Made by a program: the position numbers and the translations under genes
Part shown: piece after piece, positions 49,392 through 58,523 of the stretch
Layout: every line of letters begins with the position of its first letter
Numbering within the stretch: the first letter of the stretch is position 1
Notes under the pieces: generated by a model
Told to the model about the DNA's origin: nothing
Database searches by the model: none
Seen by the model: the letters and a program-made list of their open reading frames with translations, nothing else
Assembly: GCA_963771465.1 (NCBI GenBank)
Contig: CAVYTU010000014.1
Span: 512,001-576,000, forward strand
Origin: an uncultured delta proteobacterium
GTDB lineage: Bacteria; Desulfobacterota; Binatia; UBA9968
DNA length: 64,000 bases
Reading direction: 5' to 3'

Positions 49392-50100
49392 CGCCGCCGA
49401 AACACCTTACGTCGGCGGCGAACTCGATCTCTTTGCTCTGGCGGACAATTGGAAAAGCTACGTCAAGGACGAAATCGCGAGTTACATAAGCGGCGATATC
49501 TTAGAAGTTGGCGCCGGCATCGGCGCCACCACGGTAGCGTTGCATGACGGCAGAGCGCGCCGTTGGGTGTGTCTTGAGCCCGACGCGACGCTAGCGTCGC
49601 GTTTACAAGCTCGATTACTCGGCAGCGTAGCCGCGCCAACGACAAAGGTGATAGTTGGATCGCTGCGCAACTTTACCGAGCAGGTGTGTTTCGACTGTAT
49701 CCTCTACATCGATGTGCTTGAACATATTGAAGACGACCACGGGCAGATCGAACTGGCCGCGCAACTCGTTCGACCCGGCGGCCACATCGTCGTCTTGTCG
49801 CCAGCCCATCAATGGCTTTTTAGTGATTTCGACAAAAGCATCGGCCATCTGCGTCGTTACAAAAAAGCGACGTTGAGGCTCTTGATGCCGACGGGATGGC
49901 TTGAAAAAAAGATGCGCTATCTAGACTCAATCGGTGTTTTCTTGTCGCTCGGCAACGTACTTGCTCTACGCCAGCCGATGCCAACGCGATCGCAGATCGT
50001 CATATGGGATCGCCTGTGTATCCCCTTGTCGCGACGGGTCGATCGCTGGTCTTCCGGCATGATTGGCAAATCGATCTTGGCGGTTTGGAGCAAGCGATAA
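49384..50100 (+). CDS. Class I SAM-dependent methyltransferase
   Basis: LEVGAGIG, DVLEHI.DD, PA...L...D...GH.RRY. Confidence 0.85.
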   Translation: MVDAAETPYVGGELDLFALADNWKSYVKDEIASYISGDILEVGAGIGATTVALHDGRARRWVCLEPDATLASRLQARLLGSVAAPTTKVIVGSLRNFTEQVCFDCILYIDVLEHIEDDHGQIELAAQLVRPGGHIVVLSPAHQWLFSDFDKSIGHLRRYKKATLRLLMPTGWLEKKMRYLDSIGVFLSLGNVLALRQPMPTRSQIVIWDRLCIPLSRRVDRWSSGMIGKSILAVWSKR

Positions 50101-50174
50101 TCGAATCGTACGATACTAACCCACACTTGGAATCTCTTTCCATAAACGACCGAGCCGAGCTGCCATCCAGAGCC

Positions 50175-51767
50175 ATGCGCTGGCTTACGCCGATGGCGCT
50201 GTTCTTTAGCGCCTTGATGTTTATTGGCGCGACATCAAAAGACTACGGCGTGACGTGGGACGAACCGTCCTACTTTCACGCGACGGATCTACATCTAAAG
50301 TGGCTCGTGGACGCTGGCGGCAATCTAGCAGGCGGGAATTTACGCAAGAGTCTTGATGACGCGAGCATCAAGGCCGCGTGGCATTGGAATCCCTACAACG
50401 TGCCCCATCCGCCGTTTTCACGCATCGTGTCGGCAATCACCAAGAACCTATCAGCCCACATGCTCGATAAATTTTCCGCTTATCGGCTTGCGCCGGCGCT
50501 TTTCTTCGCGGTTCTCGTCACGGTCATTTATTTATGGCTAAATGAATTGTTCGGGCCGACAGCCGGTTTCTTTTCCGCAATCGCGTTGATTCTGATACCA
50601 AACTTATTTGGCTACGCGCACATCGCCGTGACCGATCTGCCACTGGCGGCAATGTGGTTTCTGACCGTCTACTGTTTCTGGAAAGGTCTCGGTGGGTGGC
50701 AGTGGAGTGTCGCACTCGGAGCGGTTTGGGGCTTGGCACTCTCGACCAAGTTTCCAGCATTGTTGATTCCCGTGCCGTTGATTCTCTGGGCGCATCTGTT
50801 TCATCGCGAAAAATACGCCAACAACATATTCGCGCTACTGTTTCTCGCGCCGGTCGTCATGGTCGTGACTCAGCCCTATCTTTGGCATCAGACGGGCTTG
50901 CGAGTCTTGGAGTTTCTCTACGAAGGCATCAGCCGCGGCTACCGGGCGGACGCAAACTTCGCTGTCTTCTTTCTCAACCAAATACTGTCCTCGCAGCAAC
51001 TACCATGGCACTATCCGTTTTACCTCGTTGCAGTAACCACTCCCGAACCGATACTGCTTCTCGCTCTGGTGGGCGCACTCTCGGCAATCTGGCTGCGAGA
51101 GCAACGCGCGACTCTGCTATTGCTGATCTTCAATATGGTTTTCGTGCTGATTTTAGGTTGGCTACCGGGTGCCGTGCTCCACGATGGGATGCGGCAAATG
51201 CTTTCGGCTTTGCCATTTCTCGCGGCACTAGCGGCCGTGGGCTTCTTCGCCGTCACATCCTGGTTACTCATTATGGCGCGACGCTCTGGGGCCTTCCAGA
51301 AAATTGCCAATCTCAATGCTAAAACCACCGCAGCGGTATTTGTGGTTGCCTGCTTCAACCCGCTCCTGGATCTCTATCTCTCGCACCCTTTCCAGCTGAG
51401 TTACTACAACCACTTAGTTGGCGGAATTCGCGGCGCCTACGAGCGCGGGCTGGAAACAACGTATTTCATGGAAGCGATTACGCCACCTTTCCTCCAGATG
51501 CTCAACGAGAAGCTACCCCAAAGCGCAACGGTGAATGCTTCCTTCACCAGCTTCATGTTCGAATTTTATCAAGAAGAAAAGATACTGCGCCGAGATATTC
51601 GTTTTAGCGGCAAGGGACCTTCCGATTTCTATCTTGTGTTTAACCGACGCAGCGCGCTTTCGCCGCCCGACCGTCAGTTGATGCGTAGCGCAGCACGACC
51701 CGCCGAATCGGTCAGTATCGCCGGTGTCCCGTTGATTGCGCTTTTCGATCTCAGAAAGTCGCAATGA
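50175..51767 (+). CDS. GT-C membrane glycosyltransferase (ArnT/PMT, GT39/83-like)
   Basis: TWDE, HPPF, TD, multiple TMs; start uncertain. Confidence 0.82.
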   Translation: MRWLTPMALFFSALMFIGATSKDYGVTWDEPSYFHATDLHLKWLVDAGGNLAGGNLRKSLDDASIKAAWHWNPYNVPHPPFSRIVSAITKNLSAHMLDKFSAYRLAPALFFAVLVTVIYLWLNELFGPTAGFFSAIALILIPNLFGYAHIAVTDLPLAAMWFLTVYCFWKGLGGWQWSVALGAVWGLALSTKFPALLIPVPLILWAHLFHREKYANNIFALLFLAPVVMVVTQPYLWHQTGLRVLEFLYEGISRGYRADANFAVFFLNQILSSQQLPWHYPFYLVAVTTPEPILLLALVGALSAIWLREQRATLLLLIFNMVFVLILGWLPGAVLHDGMRQMLSALPFLAALAAVGFFAVTSWLLIMARRSGAFQKIANLNAKTTAAVFVVACFNPLLDLYLSHPFQLSYYNHLVGGIRGAYERGLETTYFMEAITPPFLQMLNEKLPQSATVNASFTSFMFEFYQEEKILRRDIRFSGKGPSDFYLVFNRRSALSPPDRQLMRSAARPAESVSIAGVPLIALFDLRKSQ

Positions 51768-51827
51768 CGATTTTCAATTCGGCGTAGGCCTAAGGGCATT
51801 CGGTCACATCAAGCCAGTCCCAATCGC

Positions 51828-54242
51828 CTACTCAGCAACCAAAGTTACCGGCCGTTGGGAAATATCAGCCGCGACATTCGCGACACCGGCGCGCCGACGA
51901 AACCAACCAACAAGCGGTACTCCTAACAATAGTCCGGCAGTGCAGAGAGAGATAATCAAACCTACGGTGAAAGATTTAGGTTCGTAAATGAATTCAACCT
52001 TGTGTTTTCCCGCTGGTAATTCGACACCACGAAACAGATAGTTGGCGCGCAAAATTTTCTGCTCCTTGCCATCTACACGAACCTTCCATCCAGGATAGTA
52101 TGCGTCCGTTAACACTAGGATACCGCGTGCGCTCAGCTGCGCATCTATCTGCACCTGATTGTTGCGGTAGAGTTTGATCGTCGCAGCACTCTGGATGACA
52201 TCCTGAGGCCCCAGTTGAACGGGCGCATCGACAATCACATCTCCCAGCGGATCGAAGCTATCACTCGACATCCGTTCCAATGTACTCTTTGGGTTCAGTT
52301 CATAGACCGCACGCGCCGCAACATAAGCTCGTGGCACGGCATCGGTGACCTCGTATAGTTTGGAGTAATGTTCGGGAAATTCTCGCACAAGGTCCAGGCC
52401 TTTCACCTCCAAGGGATGAAAGGCCACGACGTATTTCACATTAACGGCTCCCAGCAGTTTACCACGTCGATCGGCGGGCAAAGCATTGATGAAGTGCAGA
52501 AAGTTCGTATAGCTGCGCCGGCCAAGCGCATCGATATCCTGGAAATATTCAAAGCCGTAGAGCATCCCGGCATTGGGCAACAAATTGTTAAGCGCTATAA
52601 CCGTCGCTTTGTTATAATCTGGACTACCCGTGACTCTCACATAACTCGGGTGCAAATTCTCTCCGGGCGGGTAGTAAAAAAACCGGCTATGATCCGCTGG
52701 GGGCTTGTCCATAATCCGCGGGATATTTTCAATGAGCGTCGCGTCACGGAGAAAATGGAGCGGTTTGTTGGCGCTGCTCAGATCGAAATATACCGCTAGA
52801 ACCAACAAGCATTGCAACAGCGTCTTACGTATAAGGCCGAACCGTTGAAGGCAGAACAGCGTAGCGAGCACCAACGCTACAGCGACCTGTTTCTCAAAAA
52901 TTACTAAGATCGCCGCAATAGTCGTCGGATTGGTTGACGGCGCAATTTGGTTCGGATTCGGCGGCTGCAGCAAGTCCGCGAGCAATTGAGGTTGTACGCG
53001 AAAAGTAACATACGCGATGAGCCATGCCGCAAGTATCGCTGTGGCGATGAGCCAAGGCGAATGAGGATATTCTTTGTCGTCGATTTGCCGCAGCCCACGA
53101 ACGGCTGTAAATACCAAAAGGGCGAAAGTTAGGTAGTAATATTTTTCCGGGAAACGCATCGCACGGAACGCCGGAACCCAATCATAGAGAAAGGGATAGA
53201 CCGGCGTATAACTGCCGAATGCCAACAAAAGCGAACAGCCAACTAGAACCAAAACGACGACGCGTTCTTTCATCCGCACGGTGCGGAACCAGTAGCACAG
53301 AGCGAAAACCGCGATGACACCCATGTAATGACTAAGCAGGAACGGAACGCCTTGACCAAGCAGTGATCGAACTCCAAGCGATAGGGACGTATCGGCTTCG
53401 AGAGTTGGCAAGAAAAGCCCGAGCAAACTCGACGGTCGCAACGACCAGTCAAGCGCCTCCGACGCTGGAATCGGTAGATCTCGACGAGACTGGAGAATCA
53501 GTTCCGCCGTTGGTAACAGTTGAATCATGCCAAGGCCAATGATGATAACACCCGCCCCAAATAAGATAGTTATGCAACGGAACAAAGCATTGATCTCGCG
53601 TTCGCGGTATAAGCGAAGCGTATCCAGCACAATCAAGCCGAGAGACAGCAGAAATATTTCCGGCGAGCCGGCGAGCAGTTGGCAAAGAGAAACAATTGAG
53701 AATGCGACAAAAGCTGTCCATCGCCCGGTTCGCACCGTTCGCTCCCAAAGGTAGATCATCCAAGGAAGCCAGACGGCACTCTGAAAATGATTGAGTAAAT
53801 TGGTCAGCGAAACCATTGTGCCACTAAACGCAAAGAGGATAGCTCCGATGACGGCAACAAATACCTCACACTTCCACGAACGGAACAAAACATAGGTTCC
53901 CAAAGCGGCGACTGCATAGTGGATGACAAAAATGATCTGAACCGCGGCGAAAAACGGTAAAAGATCAAAAGCGAGGGATGGGGGATAGAAAACCGCCGAC
54001 TGCAAGCCTGCCATAATCGGAAAGCCCGACGCCATGCGCCGCTCCCACAGCGGCAGCTCCCCGGCTTTGAACGCTTCAGCGACGCTAAATTTGATCGGGT
54101 AAAAGTAAGAACCTAAGTCACGGAAGAAAGGAATCTTATCGGCAAATATCATTTCGTCGCAGAACCATAGCAGCATGAGCGCAAGGGCGACGATGGCGAA
54201 GCAGTCTGCCAATTTTTCTCTGGCAATCCGGTGAGAGTGCAC
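51828..54242 (-). CDS. YfhO family membrane protein (GT-C-like)
   Basis: D...YFYP, PLW....SG.P, FYPP, RFPEK, C-terminal YYPGW...VDG...ANYLFRGV.LPAGKH.V.F.Y.P. Confidence 0.87.
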   Translation of the reverse strand: MHSHRIAREKLADCFAIVALALMLLWFCDEMIFADKIPFFRDLGSYFYPIKFSVAEAFKAGELPLWERRMASGFPIMAGLQSAVFYPPSLAFDLLPFFAAVQIIFVIHYAVAALGTYVLFRSWKCEVFVAVIGAILFAFSGTMVSLTNLLNHFQSAVWLPWMIYLWERTVRTGRWTAFVAFSIVSLCQLLAGSPEIFLLSLGLIVLDTLRLYREREINALFRCITILFGAGVIIIGLGMIQLLPTAELILQSRRDLPIPASEALDWSLRPSSLLGLFLPTLEADTSLSLGVRSLLGQGVPFLLSHYMGVIAVFALCYWFRTVRMKERVVVLVLVGCSLLLAFGSYTPVYPFLYDWVPAFRAMRFPEKYYYLTFALLVFTAVRGLRQIDDKEYPHSPWLIATAILAAWLIAYVTFRVQPQLLADLLQPPNPNQIAPSTNPTTIAAILVIFEKQVAVALVLATLFCLQRFGLIRKTLLQCLLVLAVYFDLSSANKPLHFLRDATLIENIPRIMDKPPADHSRFFYYPPGENLHPSYVRVTGSPDYNKATVIALNNLLPNAGMLYGFEYFQDIDALGRRSYTNFLHFINALPADRRGKLLGAVNVKYVVAFHPLEVKGLDLVREFPEHYSKLYEVTDAVPRAYVAARAVYELNPKSTLERMSSDSFDPLGDVIVDAPVQLGPQDVIQSAATIKLYRNNQVQIDAQLSARGILVLTDAYYPGWKVRVDGKEQKILRANYLFRGVELPAGKHKVEFIYEPKSFTVGLIISLCTAGLLLGVPLVGWFRRRAGVANVAADISQRPVTLVAE

Positions 54243-54304
54243 AATGGGACCGATCAGCGTGTCGAAAAAGTGCCAGGCATTCTCGATTGTAACTGAAAAG
54301 GTAG

Positions 54305-54336
54305 AAAAAAGGGGGCCACTTCGTGCCCCCCTTTTT
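54305..54336 (-). terminator. Intrinsic (bidirectional-type) terminator downstream of pilA
   Basis: AAAAAAGGGGG-C-CACTTCGTG-CCCCCCTTTTT. Confidence 0.75.
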
Positions 54337-54374
54337 CCACTCGCAAGTTCGAGTCTCTTTAAATCAACCGCTGC

Positions 54375-54764
54375 TTATGGACAACCACCAGATGTACCGG
54401 CGATCTGGCCAGAAACGCTGTTGAAAGTCCAGGTAGCACTACCACAATTCGTATGCGTAGCTGTCATTAGGAAGGTATTGGTGCCGACCGCGCCAGTCAC
54501 CGTAACGCCAGTGGTTGGATTAAATCCCGGAGGGGTACCGGTCGTCATCGTTCCGCCCTTGTACGTCGAATTCGCCGCGAAGTAAGCTTCTTGAGACACT
54601 GCGGCGTTCCTCAAATCGGACTTAACTTGCGCCTCATGACCGCGCTTACGGTACGCCGCGAACTGCGGAATTGCGATCGCCGCCAAGATGCCGATGATCG
54701 CCACGACAACCAACAGCTCGATTAATGTAAAACCACCTTGATTCTGTAAACGTAACTTATTCAT
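54375..54764 (-). CDS. pilA: Type IVa major pilin
   Basis: GG|FTLIELLVVVAIIGILAAIAIPQF; C-terminal Cys pair. Confidence 0.93.
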   Translation of the reverse strand: MNKLRLQNQGGFTLIELLVVVAIIGILAAIAIPQFAAYRKRGHEAQVKSDLRNAAVSQEAYFAANSTYKGGTMTTGTPPGFNPTTGVTVTGAVGTNTFLMTATHTNCGSATWTFNSVSGQIAGTSGGCP

Positions 54765-54902
54765 CTATTCTCCCTTCCTGTTTGTTTAAGCTTTGATTCT
54801 ATTCCTCAATAATTCTGCCATTGCCAATAAATCGTTGATCCCTTTGAACTGTCACCTCCTAATCAAAATCTAAATCCTCAGCAACCTTGCATCGGCTCGA
54901 TC

Positions 54903-54917
54903 GCAAACTTGAGGCCA
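54903..54917 (-). promoter_or_regulatory. Sigma54 promoter of pilA
   Basis: TGGCCTCAAGTTTGC = TGGC-N7-TTGC, about 140 nt upstream of pilA. Confidence 0.75.
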
Positions 54918-55100
54918 TGTTCAGGAGCCAGCGGCAAACCTTGAAAAAACTCGCCAACAGTTCCAATCCTTGCCGAACGCGAACATGGAATCTTAGACTT
55001 TTTAGGTACTTATCGCGCCCCCGAAATAATGGGGTAATGCTGGTAAGATTTGCTGAGATTGAGTGAAGTCCCGGATTGCGTTAATTGGTATTACTCGAAA

Positions 55101-55117
55101 GTGACAAAGTTTGTTAC
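55101..55117. promoter_or_regulatory. Candidate enhancer (UAS) for the sigma54 activator
   Basis: Imperfect palindrome GTGACAAA-G-TTTGTTAC about 185 bp upstream of the -24 box. Confidence 0.35.
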
Positions 55118-57165
55118 TGCTGATCCGAGGGTTGTTCAATTAGAGAGGCTGATTTTGAGTTTAGCATTTCGTACTTTTCGAGCCGATGGCGCAGTGAGCG
55201 GTAATTGATACCGAGGATTTCGGCGGCTTTCTTCTGCACCCCCTTTGCGCGTTTCAACGCACCCAAAAGAATGCATTTCTCGTGTGTTTCGAGTTCGACG
55301 TCTAGCGACAGCCCTTTGCTAAAGAAGTAGTCCGCGCCTCCAGGCGCGGTTTGTTCGAAGGTATCTACGTCTTCCATAATCGGGACGGTTTTCACATGCT
55401 GGGGTAAATCGTCTTCGGTTAGGATATTCTTGTTCGTAACAGCAACGGCATGTTCAAGAACATTCTCCAATTCCCGAACATTTCCCGGATACGCGTAATT
55501 CATCAGGTGCATGAGCGCACCGCTGGAAATTTCTTCGACATTTTTGCCGTGCGAGTCAGCGAATTTTTTTAGAAAAAAGTGAGTGAGTAATGGTATATCC
55601 TCTTTTCTACTGCGGAGCGGCGGCAAGACCATCTGGACAACGTTCAAACGATAAAAGAGATCCTCGCGAAATCGTCCTTCTTCGAGTTCTTTACGCAAAT
55701 CGCGATTGGTTGCCGAGATGACTCGGATGTCCACCTTAATTTGCTTGCTGCCACCCACCGGCGTGAAACTCTTTTCTTGGAGAACTCTCAATAATTTGAC
55801 TTGAAGGTGAAGCGGCAGTTCACCGACTTCATCTAGAAATACTGTTCCCTGGTCGGCTTGTTTGAAAAGTCCGGTGTGATCCGAAACCGCGCCGGTAAAG
55901 GCACCTCGAACATGGCCAAAAAGTTCGCTCTCGATCAGCGTCTCGGGAATCGCACCGCAGTTAACAGCGACAAAAGGTTTATCTTGGCGTGGGCCGTTAA
56001 GATGAATTGCGCGCGCCACCAGCTCTTTCCCTGTACCGCTTTCGCCGGAGATGAGAACGTTGGTGCTACTCGCCGCGACTTTCTGGATTAATTGATAAAT
56101 CTTCTCGATACCACCATTCTTGCCAATGACTCCTTCAAAGCGAAATGCGGAGTTATCACCGTTCATGGAAAGCGTCGGCAATGGCACTTCTCTGGCTCGG
56201 CGTAGTTCTTCCTCAAGCCGGACCTTCTCTTCGATTTGTTTCTGTTTGGTAATGTCTTCAAGAATTGCGACGAAGCCGATGGTTTCCTCTTGGGCGTTAC
56301 TGAGGGGTGCGAGGGTTAGACGTATCTGCTTCTGAACTCCCTGGGGTGCGGAAAACGGCAACTCGTCGGTTATAACGGTCCCGACTCTACGGTTGCGTTG
56401 AAAGTCATAGCTCAAACCCGGAAAAATTTGATCTATACGCTTGCCTTTAACGTTTGCTTCGTCAAGTCCGGTTAGGGTCTGTGCATGTGGGTTGAAAAAA
56501 TTTATTTGTCCTTCCGCGGTCGTGATAGCTACACCGCTGCCGATTCCCTGCAACAACGCATCTTTGAAGGCGTCCAACTCTAAATAGTCAATTTGTTTTT
56601 CTTTTAGCAGCTTTTCAGTTGCGCTTAGTTTGTCTGCGAGAAAGCCGCTCAACCACGCGATGACGAAAAAACTGCCGACATTGAGCACCACGGTAACGAT
56701 CGGCGACCAATAAAGCGGTGCGCCGTCGCCAGCGTGATACCAATAACGCGACCACAAAAGTAAGGCGGTGTAACAAACACTCGAGCTCGCCGCAGCGATA
56801 AACGCGCCTCGGTAGAAGAGCAAGATCGCAGCGTTCATCACCGCGAGGTTATAGAGGAATGAAAACGGACTGGCGATATCGCCGGTGATCCAGATAATCC
56901 CCGTGATTAGCAATACATCAAAACTCACTTGAACATGAGCTAAGAGCCGGAGATTGTGAAACCTAGCTAAGAACAATACCGAGGCAACCGAGATGACGTA
57001 GGCGAGAATCAGCGGCACCGAAAGATTTAGAAGATAATTCAGATCCCACTCGGCTTGGAAGAAATGAAAAAGCGCCGATGCGCCCAAAAAGAATGACAAG
57101 ATGACTACGCGCAGAAGCAGCAGCCAACGAATCTTCTCGGTCAAATTTATGCGTTCGTCGCTCAA
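55114..57165 (-). CDS. Membrane-bound sigma54 activator: PilS-like TM + PAS fused to PilR-like AAA+/Fis-HTH
   Basis: About 6 TMs with WL..LR, D..L.T....TG...SPFSFLY; PAS; [30 protein letters not shown]. No H-box, no REC. Start uncertain (ORF open to 57282). Confidence 0.88.
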   Translation of the reverse strand: MSDERINLTEKIRWLLLLRVVILSFFLGASALFHFFQAEWDLNYLLNLSVPLILAYVISVASVLFLARFHNLRLLAHVQVSFDVLLITGIIWITGDIASPFSFLYNLAVMNAAILLFYRGAFIAAASSSVCYTALLLWSRYWYHAGDGAPLYWSPIVTVVLNVGSFFVIAWLSGFLADKLSATEKLLKEKQIDYLELDAFKDALLQGIGSGVAITTAEGQINFFNPHAQTLTGLDEANVKGKRIDQIFPGLSYDFQRNRRVGTVITDELPFSAPQGVQKQIRLTLAPLSNAQEETIGFVAILEDITKQKQIEEKVRLEEELRRAREVPLPTLSMNGDNSAFRFEGVIGKNGGIEKIYQLIQKVAASSTNVLISGESGTGKELVARAIHLNGPRQDKPFVAVNCGAIPETLIESELFGHVRGAFTGAVSDHTGLFKQADQGTVFLDEVGELPLHLQVKLLRVLQEKSFTPVGGSKQIKVDIRVISATNRDLRKELEEGRFREDLFYRLNVVQMVLPPLRSRKEDIPLLTHFFLKKFADSHGKNVEEISSGALMHLMNYAYPGNVRELENVLEHAVAVTNKNILTEDDLPQHVKTVPIMEDVDTFEQTAPGGADYFFSKGLSLDVELETHEKCILLGALKRAKGVQKKAAEILGINYRSLRHRLEKYEMLNSKSASLIEQPSDQQ

Positions 57166-57217
57166 AGTGAGTAGTTTGTTTAACGTCGGTTCGCAATTCG
57201 GTGAATCGGTATCAGCA

Positions 57218-58444
57218 TCAGTTGCCAACGAGCGATCCCATTTGGAAAATTGGCAGATACATGGCGACGACCAAGCCACCAAGAACGACGCCTAAAACAA
57301 CCATGATCGCCGGCTCCATCATGGCGGTCAAATTGTTGACCGCGTCGTCGACCTCTTCTTCGTAAAGCTCGGCGACTTTCTTAAGCATCCCGTCGAGCCC
57401 GCCGGTGCTTTCTCCGACAGCGACCATCTGGCAGACCAGCGGCGGAAAAATTTTACTTTCCCTCAGCGGATCGGCCACCGTATTCCCTTTACTAATGCTT
57501 ACTCGGCTCTCCATGATCGCTTTCTCGACAACTTTGTTGCCGGCCGTTCTACCGGTGATCGCCAACCCGTCCAGGATAGGCACGCCGGAACTCAGCAATA
57601 GCGACATGTTTTGGGAAAAACGTGCCACCGCCACTTTCCTCAACAAATCGCCGATGATCGGCATCCGTAAGAGCAGGCCGTCAATCTGCATGCGCCCCGG
57701 GGGCGTTTTATAATAGGCGGAGATCCCCATCGTCACGCCAACCCCAGCCGCGATCAATAGATACCAATAGGCGACAAACCAGTTACTAATATTGATGCAT
57801 ATCTGGGTCGGCGCCGGCAGCGCCTGACCCATGCTGCCGTAGAGTTCGGCAAAAACGGGAATGACAAAAATCATCAGAACCGCGACGACTATCACCGCCA
57901 CACCGACGATGGCGCAAGGATAGATCATCGCGCCTTTGACTTTCTTTTTCAGCCGATTGGATTTTTCGATGAACAAAGCGACCCGGTTGAGAATGGTATT
58001 CAGGATACCGCCGGCTTCGCCGGCCTCAACCATGTTGACGTAAAGATCGTCAAAAATTTTAGGATGTTTGCGCAAGGCATCCGCCAGTGTGCAACCTCCC
58101 TCGACATCCTTGCGGACAGTCGTCAGCGTGTTACGCAGCAACTTGTTTTCTGACTGTTGTCCTAAGATATCCAAGCATTGCACGATCGGCAGACCGGCGT
58201 CGATCATCGTGGCCAATTGGCGGGTCGCTAAGGAGAGATCTTTGGTCGTAACCTTGGCGCCGAAACCGGGAATCGTTATCTCTTTATCAAATCCTTTGCC
58301 TTTTTCCCGAACCCGATTTGCGATCGGGCGTATCCTTTGTTCCCGCAAGCGCGTGAGCGCCGCTTCTACACTTGGTGCCTCGAGGTTATCGCCTTTGATC
58401 AGTCGCCCTTGTGCGGTCCTGCCTTCCCAAACAAATATAGCCAT
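57218..58444 (-). CDS. pilC: Type IV pilus platform protein PilC
   Basis: TRQLATMIDAGLP, AGE.GG.L, AM.YP, GESTG.LD.ML, EP, MYLPIF. Confidence 0.93.
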   Translation of the reverse strand: MAIFVWEGRTAQGRLIKGDNLEAPSVEAALTRLREQRIRPIANRVREKGKGFDKEITIPGFGAKVTTKDLSLATRQLATMIDAGLPIVQCLDILGQQSENKLLRNTLTTVRKDVEGGCTLADALRKHPKIFDDLYVNMVEAGEAGGILNTILNRVALFIEKSNRLKKKVKGAMIYPCAIVGVAVIVVAVLMIFVIPVFAELYGSMGQALPAPTQICINISNWFVAYWYLLIAAGVGVTMGISAYYKTPPGRMQIDGLLLRMPIIGDLLRKVAVARFSQNMSLLLSSGVPILDGLAITGRTAGNKVVEKAIMESRVSISKGNTVADPLRESKIFPPLVCQMVAVGESTGGLDGMLKKVAELYEEEVDDAVNNLTAMMEPAIMVVLGVVLGGLVVAMYLPIFQMGSLVGN

Positions 58445-58523
58445 GGTCGTCTCTGGCCGAATGTTATCTAAGTTCAAAAGCTTTGAGCATTATGAGGTTA
58501 GGATCCAACGAATGTCCACAATA

